Positions 12,198 through 22,989 are shown, counted from the stretch's first letter. The stretch: DNA of 64,000 nt from an uncultured virus (IMG/VR IMGVR_UViG_3300031525_000002) (IMGVR_UViG_3300031525_000002); one strand, 5' to 3'. Notes: generated by a model from the sequence alone, not told the origin. Made by a program: numbers and translations.

Positions 12198-12839
12198 ATG
12201 ACCCAGATTTTCGCCTGCCAGATCGACGAGACCCTAGGCCTAGGAGAGGACCCGCCCATGAAGCTCCGCTACAACCCCCAGAAGAAGGACATCACCTACG
12301 GACCGCCTCCGAAGCACCTCGTCGCCGCGATCCGCAAGGAACTGCGCCGTCTCCTCGACCTGCCCGACCTCGATGCCAACCTCGGCGCCATCGGGCGCTT
12401 CGCCATGCAGGCCGACGACCTCCTCATGCACGTGAAGGCCCCCGAGGCGGTCATGCGTGACGAGCACGAGATCACGCTCCCGGCGATGCCCAACACGGCG
12501 CCGAACGTGGAGACGTACGGGGCGACCATTCTGCGCGAGCTCGTTTCGGGCGGCATGCAGAAGCACGACGCAGCGGAGCATCTCGTCGAGGCCATCGCCA
12601 CGGCTCGTCGCGCCGGCATGCCCGACGTGGCGGCCGCGCTCGAAGTGAAGCTCACGGGCAAGGCGCTCGATGGTGCTAGGCCCGTGACGGGCGCGCTGCC
12701 CACGGTGGAGTCGTTGCTCGCGCCTTGCAACGGTGACCACCTCGGGCCTGGCGGCTGTTTTACACCCGTGAAGCCTAAGAAGAAGGTCATCATGCTCAAC
12801 GGCAGGCTCACCAAGGTTCCAAGCGAGGACGCCTCGTGA
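12198..12839 (+). CDS. Hypothetical helical protein
   Basis: 213 aa ORF in the overlap chain (ATGA at 12198). Confidence 0.55.
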   Translation: MTQIFACQIDETLGLGEDPPMKLRYNPQKKDITYGPPPKHLVAAIRKELRRLLDLPDLDANLGAIGRFAMQADDLLMHVKAPEAVMRDEHEITLPAMPNTAPNVETYGATILRELVSGGMQKHDAAEHLVEAIATARRAGMPDVAAALEVKLTGKALDGARPVTGALPTVESLLAPCNGDHLGPGGCFTPVKPKKKVIMLNGRLTKVPSEDAS

Positions 12840-13045
12840 AGCGAATCATTCACATCGCCGAATGGGGAATGGACGGCCATGGTGACGGCACCGAGCTCCA
12901 GCCGTTCCGTACCGTCGCGCGCGCGATGCGGCACCTCCGGTCCACCGCAAAGCCGGTTCCCTTCACCATCCTGATAGCGCCAGGGACGTATGTGGAAGAG
13001 CCGCTCCATCTGCCTCGCCGAGGCAAACTCCGGGGGCGCCGATGA
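12836..13045 (+). CDS. Short protein equivalent to the N-terminal cap of a DUF1565/beta-helix protein (fragment)
   Basis: GxDxxGDGTxxxPFRTV..A...ILIAPGTY.E motif, but only 69 aa. Confidence 0.55.
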   Translation: MKRIIHIAEWGMDGHGDGTELQPFRTVARAMRHLRSTAKPVPFTILIAPGTYVEEPLHLPRRGKLRGRR

Positions 13046-13875
13046 GAGCGTGGTACGTCCCATCGTGGAATGGCGACCTCCGCCTCGAACCCGACGAAGA
13101 GGACCCCAAGCACACGGTCCTCAGCATCGTCGATCCGACGCCGGCCGAGCAGAAGCAGCTGATCGCGCTCTCTGCAATCCTCGTCGACCGCGAGTGGCTC
13201 GAGGAGGCCATTCCCGATGGACTGCGTTCGGTGACGATCAAGGCCCCGCTCGAGGAGGTCGGCCCCGTCTTCGTCAACGCGCTCAAGCCCGGCCCCGCTG
13301 TGCTCACCGCCGTGCGCTTCCACGACGGCAAGGTCGAGGTCGTCGAGCACCGACCGACCGGCAAGACGGGGAAGGAGCTCGCCAAGATCGCGAAGCGCCC
13401 GAAGGCTGAAGCGGCCGTCACCGTCAAGCGCCCGACGCTGAGCTGCCCCGAGTGCGTCCTCGGCAGCGTCGAACCCGCCCGCGAGGTCCTCCTCGCGTTC
13501 CTCACGCCCGAGCAGCACCGGACGTGGGCGAAGCGCCGCTACATCGTCACGCGAGGCGGCATCACCGGTCACCGGTACATCCTCGCGCACCGGGAGTCCG
13601 AGATCGCAGCGCTCAACGGGCGCATCGCGTGGGACGCCGACGACAAGGACATCCTGCACTTCCACGACCAGACCGTCCCTCCGGAGGAGGAGGTCCTCGC
13701 TGCCAAGCTCATCCTCGAGCACCGCGAGCCGTGGCTGCGCAACGATGCGACGTGCCTCGGTCCGCGGTTCACCAAGCACGTCTTCCTCAACCCGTTTGGG
13801 ACGTGGAAGGACGGGGTCGAGGACGCTACATTCACGAAGGCGGTGGGGGCGATGGCGGCGGTGGTGCTCGGATGA
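13042..13875 (+). CDS. Hypothetical protein; paralog of 34993-35811
   Basis: Shared motifs WxxPxxxGDxRLE, FLxxEQ, TGxRY, HDxxVPPxEE. Confidence 0.7.
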   Translation: MRAWYVPSWNGDLRLEPDEEDPKHTVLSIVDPTPAEQKQLIALSAILVDREWLEEAIPDGLRSVTIKAPLEEVGPVFVNALKPGPAVLTAVRFHDGKVEVVEHRPTGKTGKELAKIAKRPKAEAAVTVKRPTLSCPECVLGSVEPAREVLLAFLTPEQHRTWAKRRYIVTRGGITGHRYILAHRESEIAALNGRIAWDADDKDILHFHDQTVPPEEEVLAAKLILEHREPWLRNDATCLGPRFTKHVFLNPFGTWKDGVEDATFTKAVGAMAAVVLG

Positions 13876-16492
13876 CCCGCGACGATCTCATGGTCGTCCA
13901 CGACAAGCTCGTCGCGGCGGGCCGCGCGCTCGGCGGCAACGCGTCCGGCCTCGCCTACTTCATCGAGCAGGCGTCCACCCTCTTCTCGCTCTCGAAGTGG
14001 AAAGTGGGCGCCCAGGTCGAGCTCGCGCTGACACCACAAATCGACGAGAGGCACGCGTGGGGCTGGCTGAGCGCGAAGCACTTCATTATCGAGGGTGCCC
14101 GCGCTGACGTGGTCGACGTTCACTTCTCGAATGGCGCGTTCACCTACTATGTCGTGTTCGACGACGAGTCGTGGGCTGCCGGTCCGGTGACGGACAAGGC
14201 TCGCAAGGCTCGCTTCTGCATCCCCGAGGCGTGGCTTCGAGGTGTCCGATGAGGTGCGCCGCGACGGCTGCGGGCGGAGCCCCCCAGTGCGACCGAGTCG
14301 ACGGTCACACCGGCTCCCACGCGGTCTACGAGGAGGGCAAGGCCTTCCGGTGGGGCGTCGGTCTCGCCCTGACCGAGGAGACGGAGAGGACCATCGGCGT
14401 GTGGACCGACCGTCACGCCTGCGGTGACGAGGCCGAGGTCATTCACGAGTGCCTCGACGCTCTCGCGGTGGAGCGCGACCGGAACGTCTGCGACGCGTGC
14501 GCCGGCACCGGCATTCCGACGAGCGGTCCCGGCTGCATGTGCGGCGGCTCGGGGCGGATGAGCGATGCCGTTCACTACCTGCGCGAGCGGTACGCGGCGG
14601 AGCACGTTCGGGCCGAGCACGCCGAGACCGAACGTGACGACCTACAAGAGCGCCTGACTACCGCCGTAGGCATTCTCGACGCGAGACACACGGGCGTCGG
14701 CGCCATCGCGGCGAACGAGGCGACCCGCAAGGCAGCGCTCGACTTCATCGCTGCCGAACGCGTCCGCGTACGGCCTGCGGACCCCCTGCGCTGGTCGCTC
14801 TGCGCGCACGACATCCTCTACAAGGACTGCGACGATCCTCGGTGCGCCGAGTGGCTTACCAACGAACGGGCCGCCATCGCTGCGAGGCGCCCGTGACGAC
14901 CACCGCCATCTGCCCCGACTGCCTGCGCCCGCTCACCGCGCGTCACCGTTGCCCTCCCAAGAAATATCGGGTACGCGCGCGCAACGCTGAGCTCACGTGC
15001 TACGGCACCGTGGGTTCGAAGGATGCGGCGATCAAGCTCTGCGCGGTGCTGGGCGAGGGGGCGACGTGGGAGGAGATCACATGAAGCGCTCCCGCTGCGA
15101 CGTGTGCGGCCGCCGCCCCTCCTGGTGGGTCTCCCTCCTGCTGGGTCCCGTCACCTGCGGCGTCACCGCTCCCGTCGCACCCGACGGCTTCGATGGGGTC
15201 GCGCTGTGTGACGACTGCGTCATCGAAGGCGTCCCTGCCGGCTGGCAGGTCGCTCCCTACACCCCCGCGGAGGCATCATGACCACAACGGTCGGTACGAA
15301 TCAGCCGCTCAAGACGTGCGAAGTGTGCGGCGAGACCAGTTATGGCGGCAAGCTGCACAACCCGGTCATCCACAGGCTGCATGACCGGATCGTCAAGCTC
15401 GAGGAGGTCGCCAAGGCTACGACGGTGCCTTCCGTATACGTCGGCCCATGGAGCGACCATTGAACTGGCACCCCCGTCCCGAGTCCGACGCCAACCTCGG
15501 CCGCCCGCCTCCCGTCCGTCGCCCCGGCGACCTCGAAGGCTACCTCCTGCCGTCCTACGTCGACCTCCGTGCAGCTCGGTCGCGCATCGCGGGTGACGGC
15601 ATCCGCGCACTTCACGCGCTCGAACCTGCCGACCTCGAGCAGCACCACCGCGACAATTCGTGGCGCCCGTGGCACGCCAATCCTATCTTCAACGACATGC
15701 ACCGGGCGAACGACGCTGCGTGGGAGAAGTTCATGGCGACGCCAGAGGGGCGACGGGGGCAGGCTATCGCGCAGGCGGTTCTACGGGAACATCAGGCGCG
15801 GTGGCCCGAAAACATCATCGCGCCGGGGTGGAGGGCACGTGGCTAAGCGCTGCGACCACTGCGACGGGCCCATCGTCGGCGACGGGCTCAAGGCGCCGTG
15901 CACCGACGCCGTTCTCTGCTCCGACGCCTGCATGAACTGCTGCGGGACGCGCTGCGTACATGCGACGCGCCTCGTCGAATCTTTGCAGGAGACGGTGCGC
16001 GCTGCCAACGGGTTCATGCTCGGTCGCCGCGGCGTCGTCGGTGAGCATTCGGTGAATGTCATGCTCCTTGGGAGCCTCGATGGGTCGCGTCCTCCGATGT
16101 GGATGGTGCAGGCCATGCCGCCGCTCCCTCCCCCCGGTTCGCCTCCCGTACCGATGACGTTCGATCCCGACGACTGCAAGCAGTTCGAAGACCAGGCCGA
16201 CGCACTCACCTACGGCTGGGCGCTCCTCCACGAGCTTCGAGGCGAGTCGTGAGCGCCTACGGCAAGCTCTGGCAGGAGGTCTCCGAGATCCGCGATGCGC
16301 TCAAGCTCCTCGTCCCCGAGATCAACACCTCCTCGGTCGACGCTGCTGCTGAGGCTGTGACGGGCAGCGCGCGTGACCTGCGCTCGCAGGCTGAGCGCAT
16401 CGAGCGGCTCATGCGACGGTGGCGCGTGCTCGAGGCGGCGATGGCGGGATGCAACGACCATACGGGGGACGAGTACGACACGGGGGACCAGC

Positions 16493-17356
16493 ATGGGTAA
16501 GACGAGCATCGAGTGGACCGATCAGACATGGAATCCCGTACGCGGGTGCGTCAAAATCTCACCCGGCTGCAAGCACTGTTACAGCGAAACGTTCGCTGAG
16601 CGCTGGCGCGGCATTCCAGGCCATCCATACGAACGCGGCTTCGACCCGCGCTACGCCGAGGACCAACTCACCGCGCCGCTCTCATGGCGCAAGCCGTCGA
16701 TGGTGTTCGTCAACTCGATGTCGGACCTCTTTCTCGACCAGTTCGCCTTCGACTACATCGGCGCGGTCTACGGCGTCATGGCGCAGTCGCCGCGGCACAC
16801 ATACCAGGTGCTGACGAAGCGGCCCGAGCGACGGGTGAAGTTCTTCAAGTGGGTCGTCGACTCCTGCGGTGGTGACGACGGACCACCTCCTGACGAGGTC
16901 GTCACCATCCTGGCCGCCAACCGCGTCGATCTCGACCAGATTCCACGGCCGTGGCCGCTGCAGAACGTCTGGGAGGGCGTCTCCGTCGAGTCGACCGACT
17001 ACCTCGATCGCATCGACATCCTGCGCGAGACGCCCGCGGTCGTACGCTTCCTGTCGCTCGAGCCGCTCCTCGGCCCGCTGCCGAACCTCGACCTGCGCGG
17101 CATCGGCTGGGTCATCGTCGGGGGCGAGTCGGGGCTCGGTGCGCGCCCGATGGACCCCGACTGGGTGCGCGACATCCGCGACCAGTGCCTCGCCGCCGGC
17201 GTCCCGTTCTTTTTCAAGCAGCACGGGGGGCGCCTCAAGAAGAAGGCCGGACGCGAGCTCGACGGGCGTACCTGGGACGAGATGCCGGTCGTCCGAAGCG
17301 GTCGTGTCGCGGCCGCCGTCGATGCCATGCTTGCCGTGGGCGCGAGGGCGACGTGA
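16493..17356 (+). CDS. Phage Gp37/Gp68 (DUF5131) radical-SAM-like protein
   Basis: TSIEWTDQTWNPVRGCVKISPGCKHCY...FVNSMSDLF...QVLTKRPER...FLSLEPLLG...WVIVGGESG...FFFKQ. Confidence 0.9.
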   Translation: MGKTSIEWTDQTWNPVRGCVKISPGCKHCYSETFAERWRGIPGHPYERGFDPRYAEDQLTAPLSWRKPSMVFVNSMSDLFLDQFAFDYIGAVYGVMAQSPRHTYQVLTKRPERRVKFFKWVVDSCGGDDGPPPDEVVTILAANRVDLDQIPRPWPLQNVWEGVSVESTDYLDRIDILRETPAVVRFLSLEPLLGPLPNLDLRGIGWVIVGGESGLGARPMDPDWVRDIRDQCLAAGVPFFFKQHGGRLKKKAGRELDGRTWDEMPVVRSGRVAAAVDAMLAVGARAT

Positions 17357-17784
17357 CCGACGTTGTCGTCACCGTCCCCGCCACCTTCTGGCTCCAGTGG
17401 CTCGAGGAGGGCGACTGCGCGGGCGACTCCGTCACCGGCTCCATCGAGTGGGGGTACAGCGGCGGCGGGTTCCCTCCACCCATCGAGCCTGGCGACCGCG
17501 TCTACGTCGTCGCGCACCGCCGCCTCCGCGGCTATGCGCCGCTCACGCGCCTCGACGTGACGGGCCGCCGCTGGTGCCTCTGCCGAGAAGCCGGTGCCGT
17601 GGCCATCACCATCGACAAGGAGATTCCAGGCTTCCGCGGGTGGCGCAAGCGCTGGTGGTCGCGTGACGAGGAGCGCCCGTTCCCGGCGTGGAAGACGGAT
17701 GGGGTGGTAGCGAAGACGCTGGATGAGAAGTGGTTGCTGCGGCAGTTGCTGGGCGCTGGACCACCCGTACCCGTGGGCCCATGA
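17353..17784 (+). CDS. ASCH/PUA-like hypothetical protein
   Basis: PGDRVYVV..RRLRGYA...IPGFRGWR pattern. Confidence 0.4.
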   Translation: MTDVVVTVPATFWLQWLEEGDCAGDSVTGSIEWGYSGGGFPPPIEPGDRVYVVAHRRLRGYAPLTRLDVTGRRWCLCREAGAVAITIDKEIPGFRGWRKRWWSRDEERPFPAWKTDGVVAKTLDEKWLLRQLLGAGPPVPVGP

Positions 17785-18500
17785 AGCCGCGCAGCGAGCG
17801 TCAGCGCCGCCGCTTGGCGGCGATACAGACGACCGTGATGGTCCGTCATGAGACGCGTGACGGCTTGCGACGCATGGCGAAGCGGCTCGGGGTGACGATA
17901 TGCGACCTGGTCGACCAACTCCTCTGCGACGCCTTCCCAGGCTGTAAGGGGCCCCATGAGTGACGAGGTCACCCGCATCGGCGACCGCCTCCCGATGACC
18001 AGCCGGCGCGTCGTCTCCTACGGCAGCAAGCCTGCGACGTTCAACACTCCGCTCGCGCGCATCGAGGGGCTCGCCGATGGCGTCGTCCTCCTCCGTCACT
18101 TCGCGACCAAGCTCCACCTCGAGTTCACGCCAGCGCAGGCCCGCCAGGCGGCGGCGGCCCTGTCGACGGCCGCCTACGCCGTCGAGCAGTGGCAGAAGCA
18201 GGCGAGCGGGTTCAACACGATCCGGGTCTTCCGGTCTCCGACGGGTGACGTGACGGTCGAGTATCGCGGGCGGACGCGGCCGATGCGCCTCTCCAAGCTA
18301 CGAGCGCGCACGTACCGTGACGGCAGCATGCAGTTTGTTCGCTCGTGCCGCCACTGTCGCAAGTCACCGCCAACGCTCTACGTCGCCGCCGACGATGTTC
18401 GCGAGCATGGGTCACGCGTCCATCACGTCCAGATCTGCCCCGACTGCGTCGACAAGCTAGCGGTGGCGACGCGGACGGCCGTGGCGGCGCTGGTGCGACG

Positions 18501-18929
18501 ATGACGTTCGCGTACCAAGAGGAGGAGCGCCTGAATGTCGGGGCGCGCATCGCGGTGTCTGTGGCTCTTCGTCACGGTGTGACGGAGACTGAGCTTCGTG
18601 GCCCGCGACGCCATCCTGCGCTTGTGTCGGCCCGCGCTGAGCTCTATCGCGAACTGCGCGCGCGTGGCTGGAGTTACACGAAGATCGGCGTGTTCGTCGG
18701 TCGCGACCATACCACCGTGCTCGCCGCCATCTCTGGTCGCCGCCGACGCCCAGCGGGTACGCCGCTTCCGCTCGAGCACTGTCCAGAGTGCGGTGGCTTC
18801 CGCGTCGCGAGGATTGCGCAGCCTGAACCTGAACCCACATCGACCCAGTGCGATGCGGTCGTCATGGACATCGGCACGGCGCCATCGCCGTGGGACGGTT
18901 TCCGGTACGCTCCTCATGGTGCCCCATGA
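18501..18929 (+). CDS. DnaA C-terminal-like HTH DNA-binding protein
   Basis: GVT..EL.G.RR....V.AR......R..GWSYTKIG...GRDHTTV signature of Bac_DnaA_C. Confidence 0.75.
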   Translation: MTFAYQEEERLNVGARIAVSVALRHGVTETELRGPRRHPALVSARAELYRELRARGWSYTKIGVFVGRDHTTVLAAISGRRRRPAGTPLPLEHCPECGGFRVARIAQPEPEPTSTQCDAVVMDIGTAPSPWDGFRYAPHGAP

Positions 18930-19383
18930 GCGACGACTGCCTCGGTTGCCTCAACGTTCGTGGCGCGGTATCCGCACAGGAACACGGGCTTACCATCTCT
19001 GACATCGCCAAGAGTTGCAGCGTGATCGCGCTCAAGGCCGCTCGTAAGTACGGACTCGCTTCCACCGTCGACGCACTATGCGCCGACTGTCGTGATCGCC
19101 TACGGCGGCTTGAGGAGTCCAGGCAATGAGCGACGAGCCCATCTACTGCCCCATCTGCGGCCTCGAGCACTGCGGCTGCGACTGGGAGAACGCTCCCCAC
19201 GAGGCGTTCGTCTTCTGCCAGACGTGCGGCGTGCGTACGGGCCGTGGCGACCCATGTGACGAGTGCAAGGCGGCGATGGACCGGATCCGTCCGGCGACAG
19301 TGACAGACAGTGACGAGGATCCGTTCGAATGAGCGCCATCACCGCACCGTCTCTCGGTTGGGACACCGACCGACTTTCCCGAG

Positions 19384-19755
19384 GTGGTCGCCGTACTCGT
19401 TCCCGCAGAGGTCGCACGTCTCGGCCATGTCCTGTTCAGTCACGGTGTCGCCTCCGGTGGCTTGGGAATCGCGGCGAGGACCTCGTCGATGCCTGACGGA
19501 CGCCCAGCGCTCATCGGCGGCATCTGCGGCATCGCCCGCATCGTCGACTGCCACCCGCCGGGCTCCCTCTTCCTCCGTGGCGAGCGCTGGTACATGCCCG
19601 AGCGCGACGGAGTCCCGCAGTACGGCATCCTTCTCTCCGACGTCGCCCCGTTCCCGTTCACCGCGTGCAAGGGTGCGCTGGGGCTCTGGTCGTACGAGCC
19701 GACGGGCGAGCTTCTCGAGGCCGTGGAGGCGTGGCGACGGCGCTGCGCCGCCTGA
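19384..19755 (+). CDS. ASCH-domain protein, C-terminal half only (start uncertain)
   Basis: GGICGIARIVDC...W...YGILLSDV...F..CKGALGLW; the usual N-terminal QPWA/KxxExR segment is absent. Confidence 0.45.
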   Translation: MVAVLVPAEVARLGHVLFSHGVASGGLGIAARTSSMPDGRPALIGGICGIARIVDCHPPGSLFLRGERWYMPERDGVPQYGILLSDVAPFPFTACKGALGLWSYEPTGELLEAVEAWRRRCAA

Positions 19756-19965
19756 ACTCCCGTCGGCACCGCTCGCACACGCGTCCGTACGGCATCCCGT
19801 GCGGCGTCAGATCGTCACCCTCGAGTGTCTTCGGCGCGAACGTCGGATCGTACGGCGCCCGCACGCTCGCCATCCCGAGGTACCGCCCGTGCTGCGTCGA
19901 GCACACCTGCCGGTCACCGTCGTAGAGGTGGGCGCACCACTGGCCCCAGCGCACCCAGCGCATCG

Positions 19966-20415
19966 TCAGTCGGTGCCCGCAGCGTAATCCGCCGGGTCGA
20001 GGTACGCCGAGGTCCCCCGGAACTTCGCCGCCACCTTGATCGGCTTGTCGCTCGGGTTCCGCAGCACGAGGGTCGCCTCGATGCCGGGCGCTATCGTGGG
20101 GAGGCAGATGCCCATGTCCGGCGCTGTCTCTGCGAACACCGACACCACGATCGGGTTGTCGCTCACCATGCACGACTCGCTGCCGATGAGCATGCGTTGC
20201 AGCGTCGCCACGACCTCCAATCCCGACGGTACGACGATGAAAACGCGCTCCGGCCGGAACATGCGCGCGTCCTCCGGCGTGACGGGCCTCCCGTCCTGCC
20301 CGACGTTCCCGCAGCGCACGCGCAGCGTGATCTCTCCGTCGCGCTTGCAGTGCTCGCATCTTGCCGGAATTTCGCCTTCGGGGAATACGAGGTCGTCGTT
20401 CTCTACGCTTCGCAT
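19966..20415 (-). CDS. Beta-rich (possibly jelly-roll) protein; paralog of 7155-7709
   Basis: FRPERVF...SVFAE...LPTIAPG...RNPSDKPI...FRG. Confidence 0.45.
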   Translation of the reverse strand: MRSVENDDLVFPEGEIPARCEHCKRDGEITLRVRCGNVGQDGRPVTPEDARMFRPERVFIVVPSGLEVVATLQRMLIGSESCMVSDNPIVVSVFAETAPDMGICLPTIAPGIEATLVLRNPSDKPIKVAAKFRGTSAYLDPADYAAGTD

Positions 20416-20765
20416 TCTCCACGTCTACGCCTCGGACGATTTTTTGTCACGCCTCGCGCGAATCCTCGTGCTGCATCCGAGACTTGCGCGCTTGTGGAAA
20501 AATTGGTGACGATTTCGTGTCCGTATTTCTTGCTCTCTTGCCTCAGGCGTAGCAAGGTGGTCGTCCCTCGTTGCTGTCGGAGCGGGGCGTCTGACTGTCC
20601 GTGTCGGTGTCGAGCCGGGTGAACTTAGAACCCTCCTCGGTGCTGACCCGACGTCCGGCGTCGACGTTCCGCTCGGCCAGCAAGGCGGGTCGTGATTCGC
20701 TGAGGGTTCTGTGGTGTGGAGGGTTCTATGGGCGGCGCAGTTTGCGACGGCGGTAGCGGTGTCTC

Positions 20766-22100
20766 TTGGGCCTGAGGGGCTACCAAGTAGAGGCCATCGA
20801 CGAGGCTCGTGCGCAGGTGCGCGCGGGCAAGCGTGCGCCTCTGCTGTGCGCTCCTCCCGGCGCCGGCAAGACGAAGACTGCTGCGGCGATGGCCGCGTCA
20901 CACATCGCAAAAGGCGGACGTGTCGCGTGGTTCAGTCCACGCATCGAGCTTGTTCAGCAGGCGGCTGACGCGCTGGCCGAGACTGGGGCTCCGCACGACC
21001 GATGGGTCTCGCAGACGTACCAATCCGTACTCGCTCGAGGCGAAGCGCCCGAGGCGACGATGGCGATATTCGACGAATGCCACTGGTTACCATCGGCTCC
21101 GGCAGGCGGCGGAGGTGAATTCAAGCGGATCGTGGAGGCTTTCATCCACGTCATTCGCCTAGGCCTTACGGCCACCCCCGAGCGGGCCGACGGTTCGGCG
21201 CTCGCCGGGTTCGACTGCATCATTCCGGTGTCGTCGTACTCCGAGCTCATCGAGCTTGGACACCTAGTGCCATGCAACGTCTTCAGTCCAGACCACATCC
21301 TCAAGTCCAAGGAGATCATTGCGCGTCCAGTCGACGCGTACTTGGACAAGTGCCGCGGCGAGCTCGCGGTGTGCTTCGGTCCAACCGTCGAAGCGTGCCG
21401 TCGGTTCTGTGACGAGTTCCGTGGCCTCGGCGTTCGTGCCGAGGTTGTCCACGCGCAGTCCACTGACCGCGAGGACGTGCTCGCTCGGTGGCGGCAACGC
21501 GAGACGATGGTGGTGTGCAACGTCGGAATTTTGGGCGAAGGCTTCAATCTGCCCGAGATTTCCTGCGTGATCCTTGCGCGCATGATGGGCACATGCGGAT
21601 TTTTTCTCCAGACAACTGGACGCGGACTCCGTCCAGCTCCCGGAAAGACGCACATGACGCTGCTGGACTTGAGCGGCGCGGCTAATGTCCACGGATCTCC
21701 GACGTGTGACAGGGTGTACTCGCTCGAGGGACGCGGCATCCGCCAAGCGGGCGTCGAGATGCCGTCCGGCACCATCTGCGCCATCTGCGGCAACCCGCCT
21801 CCCTGCGAGTGCGGCGGACGCGAGCAGCTGGAGATCGCGGTGACGGGCAGCGTGCGCGACCTCAAGCCGTGGATCGCGGCGATGCGCAAGGAGCCCGATG
21901 ACCAGCGCGCCATCCGTCTCGCGCGCTGGTTCCGGGAGTGCGAGCGCAAGAACTGGAAGGAGAGCGCAGCTCGGTTCAAGTACCGCTCCGTGTACGACCA
22001 CTTCCCGACAACGGAGATCGTCGAGGCCGCGATGCGCCTATGCTCGAAGAAGCGCGACGAGGAGACGGCGCAGACATCGTTGCTGGAGAACGCCTCGTGA
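20766..22100 (+). CDS. SF2 DExH-box DNA helicase (phage type)
   Basis: LRGYQ (Q motif), APPGAGKT, DECH, TATPER, EGFNLP, QTTGRGLR, C-terminal Zn finger. Confidence 0.9.
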   Translation: MGLRGYQVEAIDEARAQVRAGKRAPLLCAPPGAGKTKTAAAMAASHIAKGGRVAWFSPRIELVQQAADALAETGAPHDRWVSQTYQSVLARGEAPEATMAIFDECHWLPSAPAGGGGEFKRIVEAFIHVIRLGLTATPERADGSALAGFDCIIPVSSYSELIELGHLVPCNVFSPDHILKSKEIIARPVDAYLDKCRGELAVCFGPTVEACRRFCDEFRGLGVRAEVVHAQSTDREDVLARWRQRETMVVCNVGILGEGFNLPEISCVILARMMGTCGFFLQTTGRGLRPAPGKTHMTLLDLSGAANVHGSPTCDRVYSLEGRGIRQAGVEMPSGTICAICGNPPPCECGGREQLEIAVTGSVRDLKPWIAAMRKEPDDQRAIRLARWFRECERKNWKESAARFKYRSVYDHFPTTEIVEAAMRLCSKKRDEETAQTSLLENAS

Positions 22101-22549
22101 CGTGGCGCATCGAGACTGGTGACGTGCTCGACGTGCTGCGCGCGATGCCCGCGTGCAGCTTCGACGCGCTCCTCTCCGACCCGCCCTACGGGCTCGGCAG
22201 CCGTCAGCCCACTGGCGACGAGATCGTCGCGTACATCCAAGGCGCCGAAATGGACACCGGCGGCGACTTCATGGGCAAGAAGTGGGCGCTCCCGTCCGTC
22301 GCGGTGTGGCGGGAGTGCTTCCGCGTACTGAAGCCGGGAGCGCCACTGCTCGTCTTCGGTGGGACGCGCATGTACGACCTGCTCACTGTTGGGTTGCGTG
22401 CTGGTGGGTTCGAGATTCGTGATTCGATCGCGTCCTGGGTCTACGGATCTGGCTTTCCCAAAAGCCTAAACGTCGCCAAGGTCATCCGTGCGGAGCTAGA
22501 GGAACAACTCCGCACTCACGGCGTCGAGGGAGAGATCCGATGGAAGTGA
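22097..22549 (+). CDS. DNA N4/N6 methyltransferase (beta class), N-terminal half
   Basis: GDVLDVL...SDPPYG...ECFRVLKPG...WVYGSGFPKS, then a stop. Confidence 0.85.
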   Translation: MTWRIETGDVLDVLRAMPACSFDALLSDPPYGLGSRQPTGDEIVAYIQGAEMDTGGDFMGKKWALPSVAVWRECFRVLKPGAPLLVFGGTRMYDLLTVGLRAGGFEIRDSIASWVYGSGFPKSLNVAKVIRAELEEQLRTHGVEGEIRWK

Positions 22550-22989
22550 CCTGCGACAACATCCTGTGTGGCAGGGCCTTTACCTTCCGAGGAGGCCAGT
22601 CGCATTTTCGACGGAACAGGGACCATTACTGCTCTCGGTCCTGTCAGAACACAACTCACGGGCTCGACGGCACCTTGCGGCATCGACTCTGGGAACAGGC
22701 GAAGCGTCGCGCTAAGTTGAAGGGGATCCGGTTCTCCATCACGCTCGCAGAGATGCCGGATGTCCCCAAGGTGTGTCCTGTGCTCGGCGTCGAACTCGTC
22801 GCGAACTCGGTCGCTGGTCCTCTCGACACAAGCCCATCACTTGACCGAAAGGTCGCAGGCAAAGGCTACGTTCCGGGCAATGTCCGCGTAATCAGCAATC
22901 GCGCAAACAGGCTTCGGAGCGACGGGACGGCACGAGAGCTACATCTGATCGCAGACGACGCAGCGCAGCTTGAGGCGGAAGATGCGTGA
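22540..22989 (+). CDS. Free-standing His-Me finger (HNH-like) homing endonuclease inserted in the MTase gene
   Basis: N-terminal C..C/YCSRSC; AKRRA..KG..F.I...CPVLG...SPSLDR....GY..GNV.VIS..AN. Confidence 0.8.
   Translation: MEVTCDNILCGRAFTFRGGQSHFRRNRDHYCSRSCQNTTHGLDGTLRHRLWEQAKRRAKLKGIRFSITLAEMPDVPKVCPVLGVELVANSVAGPLDTSPSLDRKVAGKGYVPGNVRVISNRANRLRSDGTARELHLIADDAAQLEAEDA

Larger units (their letters stand above)
180..19332 (+). other. Translationally coupled array of mostly small hypothetical phage genes (many Cys-rich Zn-finger-like or single-TM)
   Basis: Near-continuous chain of stop/start overlaps, e.g. 1135-1335, 1332-1562, 2764-2952, 4457-4693, 5780-6004, 6001-6399, 6396-6647, 6644-6871, 6868-7158, 7951-8385, 8382-9140, 9137-9376, 10986-11222, 13872-14252, 14249-14896, 15448-15846, 17956-18504. 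Confidence 0.8.

Noticed and set aside
16999..22240. Long antisense ORFs (e.g. 16999-18117, 20954-22240, 9124-10026, 12850-13779, 48109-49218)
   Set aside because: Shadow ORFs expected at high GC opposite genes with clear motifs; low-complexity R/A/S/P translations
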